64,000 nt of DNA from Bdellovibrionales bacterium (GTDB lineage Bacteria > Bdellovibrionota > Bdellovibrionia > Bdellovibrionales > JAGQZY01): assembly GCA_031426555.1 (NCBI GenBank), contig JANPLN010000015.1, forward strand, positions 128,001 to 192,000, written 5' to 3'. The notes below the pieces were generated by a model, which did no database searches, was not told where the DNA came from, and worked only from the letters and a program-made list of their open reading frames with translations. A program made the position numbers and the translations under genes. The first letter of the stretch is position 1. Every line of letters starts with the position of its first letter. This document shows positions 39,957-48,886 of the stretch, piece after piece.

Positions 39957-40790
39957 TTATACAGGCGCGACGGCTTGCGCCTGCATAAATGAGTACAGGA
40001 AAACAGCGTTGGGATTTTTCTGCGCTTTTTTTAATTCCAACATCCCAGCGTCCACAACCTCTTGCGTAACATAACCTGCTTTTACCAATTGATCGGCCGC
40101 GCTTAATAACAACTCCGCCCAGTATTCAATAATTTTTCGTCGCTTCTCGGGCTGTCGATTGTCTAAATGCCAGGTAATAACTTCGGTTTTTATCTTCTGA
40201 AACCCCACGGCGGATAAAAAGTTGCCTAGCTTCGCGCCCACAAAGGGATCCCCAGCACCGTCAAACTGATAGTCGTTAAAAGCCATCCAATACTTCCATA
40301 AATTCGGAGAGTAGGGATCAAGAAAAAACGACGAGTTGACGACCTCGGTGATGTAAATAACGCCACCGGGACGCAATACACGGCGGACCTCGTTTAAGAT
40401 CTGCAGGGGATCCGGCACGTGCTCTAAGATCCAACAGAGAAAGGCCCCGTCAAAGGAGTGCGCACTAAAATCCATGTTCTGTGCGTCCATTTTTTGAATC
40501 GTATAGCGACCCTTGGCCATCGGTAGCTGCTCAAGGGTCACGTTTGCCGCGGCTAGCTGTTCTTCGTTGAGATCAATTCCAGTGATTTTAATTTTTGGAA
40601 AGCGACGAAGTAGAATGGAGGTTTGAGCACCAACGCCACAACCGACTTCCAATAAATTTTGCACTTCGGTTAAATCAACGTTCTTATACACCGTGTGTTC
40701 AGCGAATTCGGCCTGGCGCATGAGCCGATCTTGTTCGAGGGGCGAGTAGCCATGCAGGTACGGAAGAGAATTTTGGTCTTTTTTGCTCAT
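39957..40790 (-). CDS. Class I SAM-dependent methyltransferase
   Basis: YLHGY, LEVGCGVG, GIDLN, LEHVPDP, RVLRPGG. Confidence 0.88.
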   Translation of the reverse strand: MSKKDQNSLPYLHGYSPLEQDRLMRQAEFAEHTVYKNVDLTEVQNLLEVGCGVGAQTSILLRRFPKIKITGIDLNEEQLAAANVTLEQLPMAKGRYTIQKMDAQNMDFSAHSFDGAFLCWILEHVPDPLQILNEVRRVLRPGGVIYITEVVNSSFFLDPYSPNLWKYWMAFNDYQFDGAGDPFVGAKLGNFLSAVGFQKIKTEVITWHLDNRQPEKRRKIIEYWAELLLSAADQLVKAGYVTQEVVDAGMLELKKAQKNPNAVFLYSFMQAQAVAPV

Positions 40791-40832
40791 GATTTACAGT
40801 TAAAGGAGAATTCCAACCTCTGCAACTAAAAG

Positions 40833-40860
40833 AAACATGGGCCACGGGGGACCCATGTTT
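40833..40860 (-). terminator. Putative intrinsic terminator
   Basis: AAACATGGG...CCCATGTTT hairpin just downstream of the 64-aa gene. Confidence 0.55.
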
Positions 40861-40880
40861 TTTCACTTATAAAAGGAGAA

Positions 40881-41075
40881 TTAAGCGTTTTCAGCCGGGG
40901 CTGCCTCAGCTGGCGCTTCCTTTTTCTTTGGGGGCGCTTTAAATAAGCCTTCCTTCGTCAGAATCTCAATTTTTTTCTCTGCGTTGATCCACTTGTTTTG
41001 GGTATCTAAAACGCAATAACGGCCACTCGATTTTTTGAATACTTTGTATTCTTTTGTCTCTTTAACCTTTTCCAT
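40881..41075 (-). CDS. Small basic hypothetical protein
   Basis: GAGGAG RBS; Lys-rich 64 aa with Ala/Pro tail; own terminator. Confidence 0.7.
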   Translation of the reverse strand: MEKVKETKEYKVFKKSSGRYCVLDTQNKWINAEKKIEILTKEGLFKAPPKKKEAPAEAAPAENA

Positions 41076-41214
41076 TTTTACTCCTCAATAGGGTTGAGCT
41101 TTGCACAAGTACCCAGCAAATGGGTCTTGGTCAAGGAAGCGAAGGCGTCTTGAATACTATTATTTGCGAGCCTCCCGGTTGATTTGCTCAAAATTATGGA
41201 TAAAAATATGAGTT

Positions 41215-42042
41215 ATGAAAAAAATACCGTATTTTTTAATGTTGCTTACTTTTGCTTCGACGTTCGGTTGCAGTAAAATTGATCCGGGCAATCGCTCTAA
41301 AACCATCAAAGAGTTGATGGCGAACCGTTATACGGTGAGGTCGTACGACACCGACAAGAATGTTTCCGAAAAAGATCTTAAGATGATATTGGAAGCTGGC
41401 TTGGTATCCCCTTCTAAAAATTTCTTATATCCTTACCGCGCATTTATTCTCAAACAATCCAGTGCAAACGGCAAAGCGGTCATAGATTATCTTTACAAAA
41501 AGGCCACATACTATGACGACCATTGCCTTGCCGAGGGCAATCAAAAAATGAACCACTATCTAACCGCTCTTAAAACTGCGCCAGTCAGCGTCCTTTTTTT
41601 TATGGACGGAGCCCGAGAGAAAGAAAACCCGCTAAACGTGCCTTGGTATGAACTTGAAAGGAGAGCGGCAAGAGACACCATGATTGTGGTCACAGCAATG
41701 ATGCTGCAAGCGGAGCAACTTGGTTACGGCACAACGTTCACGGCGGCCCTCCGTGGCGATTCGCAACTCGTTGGCGACTCCGAGCTTAAAAAGAAGCTGG
41801 GCTTGGACGCAAAACACAATCCGCTAGTGATTCTTTCTTTTGGCACGCCAGTGGCCCCAGAAAAAACTCGTCCAGCCAACTATAAACCATCCCTTGTTAA
41901 ATATGGATGTATCGGAGAGCCGACTTTGGCAACTACGATTCATATTGGAGAAGAAGATGGGAAACCAGCGATGTTACAGTCGATTCACGATGGTCCAACT
42001 CCAAATCGAAAGCCCCGCTGGGAAAACATCAAAGAGCTTTAG
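41215..42042 (+). CDS. Nitroreductase-family protein with lipoprotein signal
   Basis: Lipobox TFGC; NRYTVRSY, SPSKN..YP, AMMLQAEQLGYGT. Confidence 0.75.
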   Translation: MKKIPYFLMLLTFASTFGCSKIDPGNRSKTIKELMANRYTVRSYDTDKNVSEKDLKMILEAGLVSPSKNFLYPYRAFILKQSSANGKAVIDYLYKKATYYDDHCLAEGNQKMNHYLTALKTAPVSVLFFMDGAREKENPLNVPWYELERRAARDTMIVVTAMMLQAEQLGYGTTFTAALRGDSQLVGDSELKKKLGLDAKHNPLVILSFGTPVAPEKTRPANYKPSLVKYGCIGEPTLATTIHIGEEDGKPAMLQSIHDGPTPNRKPRWENIKEL

Positions 42043-42044
42043 CT

Positions 42045-43619
42045 CTAGTGGCCATTCCGATTCAAATACGTCTCTTTAATATTTTTCCAAAATATTTTGG
42101 TAGATTGATGCTGAGGCTCAAAAATCCTGTGGGGGATGATTAGGATTTTGCCTTTTTGTTGTTGAACGATCATTAATGGTGCGTAAATTTTTTCAGGAAT
42201 ACTTAGTGGTGTTCTTACGATTTTGCCATAAGATTTTAGCTCAATATCCTGATGGCCTTGGCAACAACCTAAAAACGTACCTTCGGTTTGCATCTCTGCA
42301 TATCCCAACAAATCCACTGGCAGGCATCGACCGTTCATTAATTCGGAACACCAACCACCGTAAGAATCTTTTTTCAATACGGCTCCTAAACTCCAATCGG
42401 TCACTGAGTGCAGCTTTTCCGTGCTATCTAACTCAATGTTTTTTAATAAAGTATGCTTCTTATTAACAAAACGAAAAGGATGGCCACCGTTTTTTCGAGC
42501 GATGAAGGTCCTTCCATACTTTATCGAAGCACCAAAAAAACTTTCAATATCCCGGTGCGGCGATAAATCCGAAGCTAACTGGTTTTTATCAATCCCGTTC
42601 ATTGGGTCTATTGAAGGTTGAGGGAAAAAGAAGAAAGATTCATTTTTAGATAGTCTTATGGTGCGAAATGAAAATTCGTTGCCAACAAGAACAACAAAAC
42701 CTCCACGCTTAATGTATTGTTCGATTGTATCTATAAACTTTTTTGTAACATATTCTTGAACAGCGCTAAGAAAAACGACTTTGTACTTCTGTAATTGCTC
42801 TCCACTTAAATCTTCGAACTTCGTATTTGTAATAACGGAGGCAGATGATTGTTCATTGGCAAATAACGTGAGCCAGGAGAGCGTAAAATCAAAGTTCTTT
42901 TTGCGAAAGCCATTATCATCGAAATGAAAGTTTGCTTGTGGTCTTTTAAAAGAAAACTCAGTAGGCGCCTCTTTTTTGTTTGGAAAACGCCCCATTTTAT
43001 AAACGATATTCTTTGACATGTAAGCGTAAGGACTTGCGCCGGCATAGATATTATAGGCATTGATTGTATTCCAATCAAAAACGAACAGCACGTCTGCAGG
43101 ATTTTTATCATAAACAATAAAAGGGGCACCAAACGGCTTAACGGAATTTTCATTTTTTCGAACGGCAGAATAAACGCCTGATTTCCAAAGTCGAGAAATC
43201 TCGATAGACGCTACAGATTGCCAATTGCATCCCTTGTCGTAAGAGCACTGAGAATACGTGTTGTTCATTCGGTTGGCCGTAATCTTTGCGACGACTTCCT
43301 TGGGTTCAGGGTACAACCTAACAATCTGCAGGTCCTCCTGAGGCTCCTGCAACATAAAATAGAAATCAACTCTCTCTTCAGGCTGACCTTGATAGGGGAA
43401 AGCGTAACCACGATCGACTTCGTTTGGAAATACGTCTTTAAATTTATTCGCGGATTCTACTTGCTCTAGAGTCGGGTTTTCGTAAAGGAAATCAAAGTCT
43501 GACTTCATTTTCTGATGTGAGACTCGTTCACAGCTCGAATTGAGCAATCCCAAAACCGGCAAGATGAACCAAACAGAATAGGGATAAAAAAAGATTCGTT
43601 GAAATTTATTTGTAAGCAT
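42045..43619 (-). CDS. N,N-dimethylformamidase beta-subunit-like protein, probable lipoprotein
   Basis: WKSGVY, NTINAYN.Y.G.S.Y, FSFKRP, QEYVT, YIKRGG; lipobox NSSC. Confidence 0.6.
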   Translation of the reverse strand: MLTNKFQRIFFYPYSVWFILPVLGLLNSSCERVSHQKMKSDFDFLYENPTLEQVESANKFKDVFPNEVDRGYAFPYQGQPEERVDFYFMLQEPQEDLQIVRLYPEPKEVVAKITANRMNNTYSQCSYDKGCNWQSVASIEISRLWKSGVYSAVRKNENSVKPFGAPFIVYDKNPADVLFVFDWNTINAYNIYAGASPYAYMSKNIVYKMGRFPNKKEAPTEFSFKRPQANFHFDDNGFRKKNFDFTLSWLTLFANEQSSASVITNTKFEDLSGEQLQKYKVVFLSAVQEYVTKKFIDTIEQYIKRGGFVVLVGNEFSFRTIRLSKNESFFFFPQPSIDPMNGIDKNQLASDLSPHRDIESFFGASIKYGRTFIARKNGGHPFRFVNKKHTLLKNIELDSTEKLHSVTDWSLGAVLKKDSYGGWCSELMNGRCLPVDLLGYAEMQTEGTFLGCCQGHQDIELKSYGKIVRTPLSIPEKIYAPLMIVQQQKGKILIIPHRIFEPQHQSTKIFWKNIKETYLNRNGH

Positions 43620-43633
43620 TTTTTGGAATGAAA

Positions 43634-44827
43634 TCAGACATCATCCGAAAAGAAGTGGCGAAAGTTGTCGGGAACAAGATGAAAAAAATCGTTTTTTCGA
43701 ATTAAATCGAATTTCTTTGTCTCAGCTAAAAAATGTCTCCAACGCACTAGATCTTCCGGGCCCTGCAGCCATTGAATCAACCTCTTGTAATGGAGTCCGG
43801 GTAGTTCCCGGTATTTTTCAATTAAAGCGTGCTTCATTTTTTGCGGAAGGATCTCTGCCGATAAATATTTAGGGGAGTCGAGAAAATTAAGTACTAGCCA
43901 CAGCTTTTTATGCGAGCACCAGTCCACAAGTTTTTCAATTTCAAAGATGCTGTAAATTTGTACAGTGCAGACAACCTTAATGATGGCGTTAGGTAGCTTT
44001 TCTTTTATTCGATCTATGGTGGCATTTGTTTTTTCCCACTTCGAGGGTGGGCGAATGTATTCACTGATTTCAGCGTAGCCATCGACGCTGCAGTCGATAA
44101 TAACATTTTTGAACTGGGCAGCTCGATCGATAAAGCGATCGTCAAAAAAGGAAAGATTTGTGCTCCATCGAACTGTCATATTCTTTGCTGCGCTAGTCTC
44201 TATTGCGAAGTCGAGTAGGGATAAGTGCGATTTAATAAGAGTGGGTTCGCCACCTAGAAAATAAATTTCCTCAGCATACGGGATGATCATTTTGAGCTCT
44301 TCGAAAAATTTAGGAAATTTTAGTAGGTCACTTGTCGCTTTTGAGTAAGCTAACCCAGCTTCTTTATCTTCCCAACCCTGCGAAATTGACTCCGCCATAA
44401 GTGCTGTGCTTGTGATTGAATCACACATTCGGCATTTTAAATTACAATTGCTGCCCAACTTGATATCCCAGGAGAGAGGTTTAAAGGCAAGCGAGTTGGT
44501 TTTTATTCTGTCCAATGTTTTTTCAAGGTATCGGTTTCCGTCGTGTATGCGCTTACTTCGAAATCCCAAAGATTCATGCTTCCAGCACAGATTACAACGT
44601 TCGTCTTGAATGCCATTGAGCAAATTCCTTCGCAGAGAATGCATATACTCGGATTCGTAAGCATCTTTAAATGTATGGCCCTTAAGAATATCGAAGGGTT
44701 CACCCTGATCATCACGAATAATGCCTTCGGCATGGCAACAGGCTTTCATTTTGCCGTCCATTTGGTTGCAGATGTGAACAAACGGCAGAGTGCAGAAAGT
44801 TTTTTCATTAACAAGTGAGGACATCAT
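43634..44827 (-). CDS. N-terminal twitch-domain radical SAM protein #1
   Basis: FCTLPFVH..G..KACC, CNLCWKHE..G..SKR, CNLKCRMC, GGEP, SVDG. Confidence 0.9.
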   Translation of the reverse strand: MMSSLVNEKTFCTLPFVHICNQMDGKMKACCHAEGIIRDDQGEPFDILKGHTFKDAYESEYMHSLRRNLLNGIQDERCNLCWKHESLGFRSKRIHDGNRYLEKTLDRIKTNSLAFKPLSWDIKLGSNCNLKCRMCDSITSTALMAESISQGWEDKEAGLAYSKATSDLLKFPKFFEELKMIIPYAEEIYFLGGEPTLIKSHLSLLDFAIETSAAKNMTVRWSTNLSFFDDRFIDRAAQFKNVIIDCSVDGYAEISEYIRPPSKWEKTNATIDRIKEKLPNAIIKVVCTVQIYSIFEIEKLVDWCSHKKLWLVLNFLDSPKYLSAEILPQKMKHALIEKYRELPGLHYKRLIQWLQGPEDLVRWRHFLAETKKFDLIRKNDFFHLVPDNFRHFFSDDV

Positions 44828-44945
44828 TGGATAATGATACTTTCTCTTTTTTTGAGCAATTGGAGATGCGACATAATGCGTGGCGTTTTTCGTTAGGGGT
44901 TGGTGTAATGAGTGAGAGTCTGTATTCTTTGACTAGGAAAGCCGC

Positions 44946-46202
44946 ATGCGATCAGAATTTTTAAAATTTACTAATGATTCATTACGAAAATCCAAGGTCG
45001 CCTTTATCATTTGGGACACCTACACGAACGGCAACAAAGCTGACCCCCAGATGGTAGACCTTTGCTTATCACTTATAGAGGTTCACCTCTACTTTATGAT
45101 CGATGGAAAAAGCGACAAAGTGAATCTGTTCAAAAGTGGCCATCAAACTTTTGCCAAGATCCGAGGCCTGGGTTACTCGTATGTTCTATGCCTCCATCCT
45201 GATACGCTGATAAAATGTGAAGGCGCCGTGGAAGAGTTGCTAGCACAGGTTCATCGGGATCCTCATCGTGGCGGTTATGGTTATAAAAAAGGGCACAAGC
45301 TTTTCGGTACGATTCTCTTGAATTTGGAACAGTGCGAACCGTCGGAAATTGATGGCTATTTAAAAACGAACTCTGTGTGTAGTCTTGTAGAAAAATACGT
45401 CTGTTCCGTTGCGGATAATTCCCAAAGGGAAATTCACTCCTCTCGAGCTGATTTAGCAGCGGGCGCAACCCAACTCGTGATTGTTCAGGAAGACACCGCA
45501 CTTAAAAAGCATTTGCAAGAAGGGTTCAATGTTTGTTTTGCCTTTAATACAGAGTCTTACGATGATATCGAAAAGTTTGAAGGGTTGCTCTCTGCCGAGC
45601 ACGTTGTTGGCTTTGCATCAGGCTTCAAATTGAATAGGATCGCTTGGAAGAGTAGGGAGACCTGTCTTAAATTGACCTTTGTTGATTTGAACGAAAACGC
45701 CTTAACATTTAAAAAAAGAATGTATACGGAATGGGATGGCTTTGATCTGCCCGCGTGGTTTCAAGCGAATTTTGCTGGGCAGCCTTTCTTTTACGAAAAA
45801 ACAGAAAGCCACTTTCAGGCAAGTTGGCAAAGGGAACTGTCGTTGTGGGGCGGGCAAAAAAATTTCGCCGAGCACTGGTCTTGGTTTAGAAATCTCCCTG
45901 TTACTTTTGAAAGAATAAATTTTTTGTTGGAGCCCGGTAAGTTGAGATTTATTCTTCAGCAAACGGAGAGTTCGCTTCTATGGTACAGTAACCTCTGGAA
46001 CAATGAGTATGTGGCCCATCTCTACGGGGTAAAACAGCTTGCTTCAGCGCAGCTACAATGGTTGGAAAAGGCTATTCCCGAAGATCTTTCTGTAACTCTT
46101 TTTCAAGATCCAATCAGAGTCGGCCCAAAAAAAATCTATTTGAGTGGCCAGCCTTCGATTGAGGCCATCAAAAGACTAAACGAAAGCCTTTCGGGTTTTT
46201 AA
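44946..46202 (+). CDS. Hypothetical protein, paralogue of the C-terminal part of the 48887-51109 protein
   Basis: Shared motifs FNTE, D.N...L..KK..Y..WDG.D.P, W..EL..WG, LWYSN. Confidence 0.75.
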   Translation: MRSEFLKFTNDSLRKSKVAFIIWDTYTNGNKADPQMVDLCLSLIEVHLYFMIDGKSDKVNLFKSGHQTFAKIRGLGYSYVLCLHPDTLIKCEGAVEELLAQVHRDPHRGGYGYKKGHKLFGTILLNLEQCEPSEIDGYLKTNSVCSLVEKYVCSVADNSQREIHSSRADLAAGATQLVIVQEDTALKKHLQEGFNVCFAFNTESYDDIEKFEGLLSAEHVVGFASGFKLNRIAWKSRETCLKLTFVDLNENALTFKKRMYTEWDGFDLPAWFQANFAGQPFFYEKTESHFQASWQRELSLWGGQKNFAEHWSWFRNLPVTFERINFLLEPGKLRFILQQTESSLLWYSNLWNNEYVAHLYGVKQLASAQLQWLEKAIPEDLSVTLFQDPIRVGPKKIYLSGQPSIEAIKRLNESLSGF

Positions 46203-46925
46203 GTAAGCTAAATTAAACCAGCGTCGAAAAGGATGAGTGTTTTCAAAAGCCGACAACAACTCTCTAATATACTCTTTGTGAAAATTTCCATGCAGGCACT
46301 CTACAGTAATATGAAATCGATCCTCGTTGGATTGGTTCCACACCGAGTGGCGATTTGATAAGTCCAAAATATAAAATCCCCCGGGTTTTATGGGAATCAC
46401 TCCAAACTCTTCCATAGCAAAACGGCAGTCTTTTGGGGCGTTTAGGGCAACGGACAATGGGCCAAGACCTTTAGTGTTACGGTCACGATGGGGGCCTACA
46501 AATCCACCCGGCTCTACCAGCATAAAGCGAATGCGTTTGTATTTTTCGGCGGGGAAGATGTTTTGAAAATAGTTGGTTGCCACTGGACACAGCTTTGCGA
46601 TTTCGGTCCAGCGGTAGGTATTGGAGTCTTCCTGGAGATTGTAATCAAAATGACACATTGTTTTTTCGGCAGAAATCCCATGCAGGCAAATGGATTTCCA
46701 CCCTTTGTGTTGACTGGTCTCGCGATGCTCAACAAAAAGATGCTTTATACTTTTGGCCTCTCGTAGAATTTCATCTGTCGGGAAATCGCGCATAAAAAAC
46801 TCAAACCAGGGCATTTGTGATGGCGGAGTTAATTTGAGATTTTGGTCAAAAGGTAAATCCCCAAATGAGGATGGTCCGACTTTTTTGCTGAAGAAAAATT
46901 TTTCTACGTCTTCAATGGGCGTCAT
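46176..46925 (-). CDS. Aspartyl/asparaginyl beta-hydroxylase-like Fe(II)/2OG oxygenase
   Basis: GWKSICLHG, WTEIAKLCP, RIRFMLVEPGG..PHRD, HSVWN.S..RFH. Confidence 0.8.
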   Translation of the reverse strand: MTPIEDVEKFFFSKKVGPSSFGDLPFDQNLKLTPPSQMPWFEFFMRDFPTDEILREAKSIKHLFVEHRETSQHKGWKSICLHGISAEKTMCHFDYNLQEDSNTYRWTEIAKLCPVATNYFQNIFPAEKYKRIRFMLVEPGGFVGPHRDRNTKGLGPLSVALNAPKDCRFAMEEFGVIPIKPGGFYILDLSNRHSVWNQSNEDRFHITVECLHGNFHKEYIRELLSAFENTHPFRRWFNLAYLKTRKAFV

Positions 46926-47439
46926 AGGGCTCCCGCATTACGTCGGAATTCATGAGTAGAACCGCGAAAAGGCTCACGAAAAGACAGAGCCATTCAACAT
47001 GAATATGGAAAGACGTGTATTTTAAAAGCCCAAAAAAGGAGGCTGCGAGAAATCCAAAGCAAATGAGTCTGGCAGAACCTGAATTGGTAAAAAATAATTT
47101 CAGTTTATTAAGCATGCGTAGAGTAAGTTCTGGCGCTAAACTAACGACGAGGTGAACATAAAAATAGAGGAATAGACTCCAGTTTTGGAAGGCAAAGGTT
47201 TCTTTCCACACAAAAAACAAACTCGCACACGAAAAAATTCTTAAAAAAAGACTTGCTGGGAAGAGCGCAACTAAAAAATAACCGCCCCAAAAACAAGTCA
47301 TTTTTAGGCTGAGGATTCTCCAGTCTATCATAGACTGTGCCAAATTTCTCCAATGCACGATCGTAGCTAAATGCACATGACCGGCGAGAAAGGCGAAGTA
47401 GATGGATAAAAAAAGATGGGCCTGAGGTTTAAGATGCAT
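46912..47439 (-). CDS. Polytopic membrane protein of unknown function
   Basis: Highly hydrophobic 175 aa; overlaps neighbours on the same strand. Confidence 0.55.
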   Translation of the reverse strand: MHLKPQAHLFLSIYFAFLAGHVHLATIVHWRNLAQSMIDWRILSLKMTCFWGGYFLVALFPASLFLRIFSCASLFFVWKETFAFQNWSLFLYFYVHLVVSLAPELTLRMLNKLKLFFTNSGSARLICFGFLAASFFGLLKYTSFHIHVEWLCLFVSLFAVLLMNSDVMREPYDAH

Positions 47440-48427
47440 TTTTTGGAGTCCTTATCAGCCAAACAAAGGGTGGCAGGCGAAACAGCTGCTTTAAAGCTGC
47501 AAATACTTTTCTTGGCCGGTCGAAGGGGGAGAGGAAGAAGACGATCGCAACCGGGGCTGCCATTGCAGAAAAATTAACTCCAAAAAATAAAAAAGTTCCA
47601 AGATGAAAGATAAGCCGTAAAAAGCCAAATGTCCTGTGCAAGTTAAGTCGAAAGGCAAAGTGGAAGGAAGCAAGGTGTATCCAAATCGTTGCCATATAAG
47701 AAACAAAGCTTAACCATGGGTATTTATAAAAAGCGTCGCGCCACGGGGCAAACTGGTGGTAGAAAATAGCTTCGCGCGCAGAAATATTAGTGAGTATCCA
47801 CCGATCCAGTTGGCATTGAAGGTTTGAGTCGAAAGCGCAACGAAGAATACTTGTCACCTTCCAAAAACCGCTCATCGCATAAAACGTGCAAACCATCAGC
47901 TGGACAAACCAGACACTGAGTAAAATTTTATGGCGATGAATCCTTTGACTCTGCGAAGGCGGCCCGCGCCCTGAAAGGGGTAGCAGGCAAAACAGCATAG
48001 ACATCCAAAGAAAGCCGTGGTGGTTATTACTAAAATGTCCGTCGGAATTAATGATCGCGACCATAAAAAAAACAGCCATCGCCTGAAGCAGACGAACCAA
48101 TTGGGTCTCAAAGAAAAAGACCAAAAATAGAGAACTAAAAATCCACGCCCATAAAATAGTCGGTACTAAATACTGCAGCTGTGCCGGCTGGAGTGGGCCA
48201 AACACCCAAAGCGGTCTATAGAACACTTTGTTTCCGTAAAGAGACATAAAGTTATGATAGGAGCTTACGGCGATGATGAATGAGTAGCCGTAAAACGCCC
48301 GTAAGAGAACAATCAATTTTCGAAAGTTGGTAGAATGAGCAGCAAAAAGGCCCTCATCGAGATAAAAAAACTTTTGGCCTCGTAAGGAGCGTATGATTAT
48401 TTTTAGGTAGTTATTGATTGGATTCAT
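47429..48427 (-). CDS. HTTM-like integral membrane protein (copy 1)
   Basis: Multiple TMs; GHFSNNHHG, FYAMSGFWKV, IFHLGTFLFFGVNF. Confidence 0.65.
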   Translation of the reverse strand: MNPINNYLKIIIRSLRGQKFFYLDEGLFAAHSTNFRKLIVLLRAFYGYSFIIAVSSYHNFMSLYGNKVFYRPLWVFGPLQPAQLQYLVPTILWAWIFSSLFLVFFFETQLVRLLQAMAVFFMVAIINSDGHFSNNHHGFLWMSMLFCLLPLSGRGPPSQSQRIHRHKILLSVWFVQLMVCTFYAMSGFWKVTSILRCAFDSNLQCQLDRWILTNISAREAIFYHQFAPWRDAFYKYPWLSFVSYMATIWIHLASFHFAFRLNLHRTFGFLRLIFHLGTFLFFGVNFSAMAAPVAIVFFLSPFDRPRKVFAALKQLFRLPPFVWLIRTPKNAS

Positions 48428-48878
48428 GTTTTCCTAAAAATTTTTCGTCGATGAGTTCGTTCTTCCAAAAAAAGTCTATGGGATTAAATAACTGCTCACG
48501 GATTTCCCAAACCACAACATCGTGTGGGTGGTCTAAAGTAAATAGTCGATCAAATTCGAGGACGACATTCTTTCGAGCCTCTTTGTCACCGGCATAGTCC
48601 TGCACTTTTTTCGTAAATTCATAAATTCTTATTCGCGGGAACATTTTTTCGATAAAAATGGATCCTCTTTGAGGAGGGTTGAATATTTTGTTGTCTATTT
48701 GATGAATGTAGATTTCGCGGTTAACAAGGTACTTGTCTGGCTGAGTGTGAAAAATCCGCCAGGTGTAGGCGGGGTAAAGATTGATGTTGCCAGTGATCCA
48801 TTCGAAAAACATGGAAAAAATTAATTGTAAAACTACAAACAAAACCATGAAAAACTTTATTCGTTTAAGGTCTTTCAT
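48411..48878 (-). CDS. Membrane-anchored partner of the HTTM-like protein (copy 1)
   Basis: N-terminal TM followed by YPAYTWRIF; directly upstream of the HTTM-like gene. Confidence 0.6.
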   Translation of the reverse strand: MKDLKRIKFFMVLFVVLQLIFSMFFEWITGNINLYPAYTWRIFHTQPDKYLVNREIYIHQIDNKIFNPPQRGSIFIEKMFPRIRIYEFTKKVQDYAGDKEARKNVVLEFDRLFTLDHPHDVVVWEIREQLFNPIDFFWKNELIDEKFLGKHESNQ

Positions 48879-48886
48879 TTTAGCAC

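Noticed and set aside
40881..41075. 64-aa protein as RiPP precursor for the radical SAM cluster
   Set aside because: It has its own terminator, a basic globular-looking sequence and no leader/core or repeat pattern; not fully excluded.
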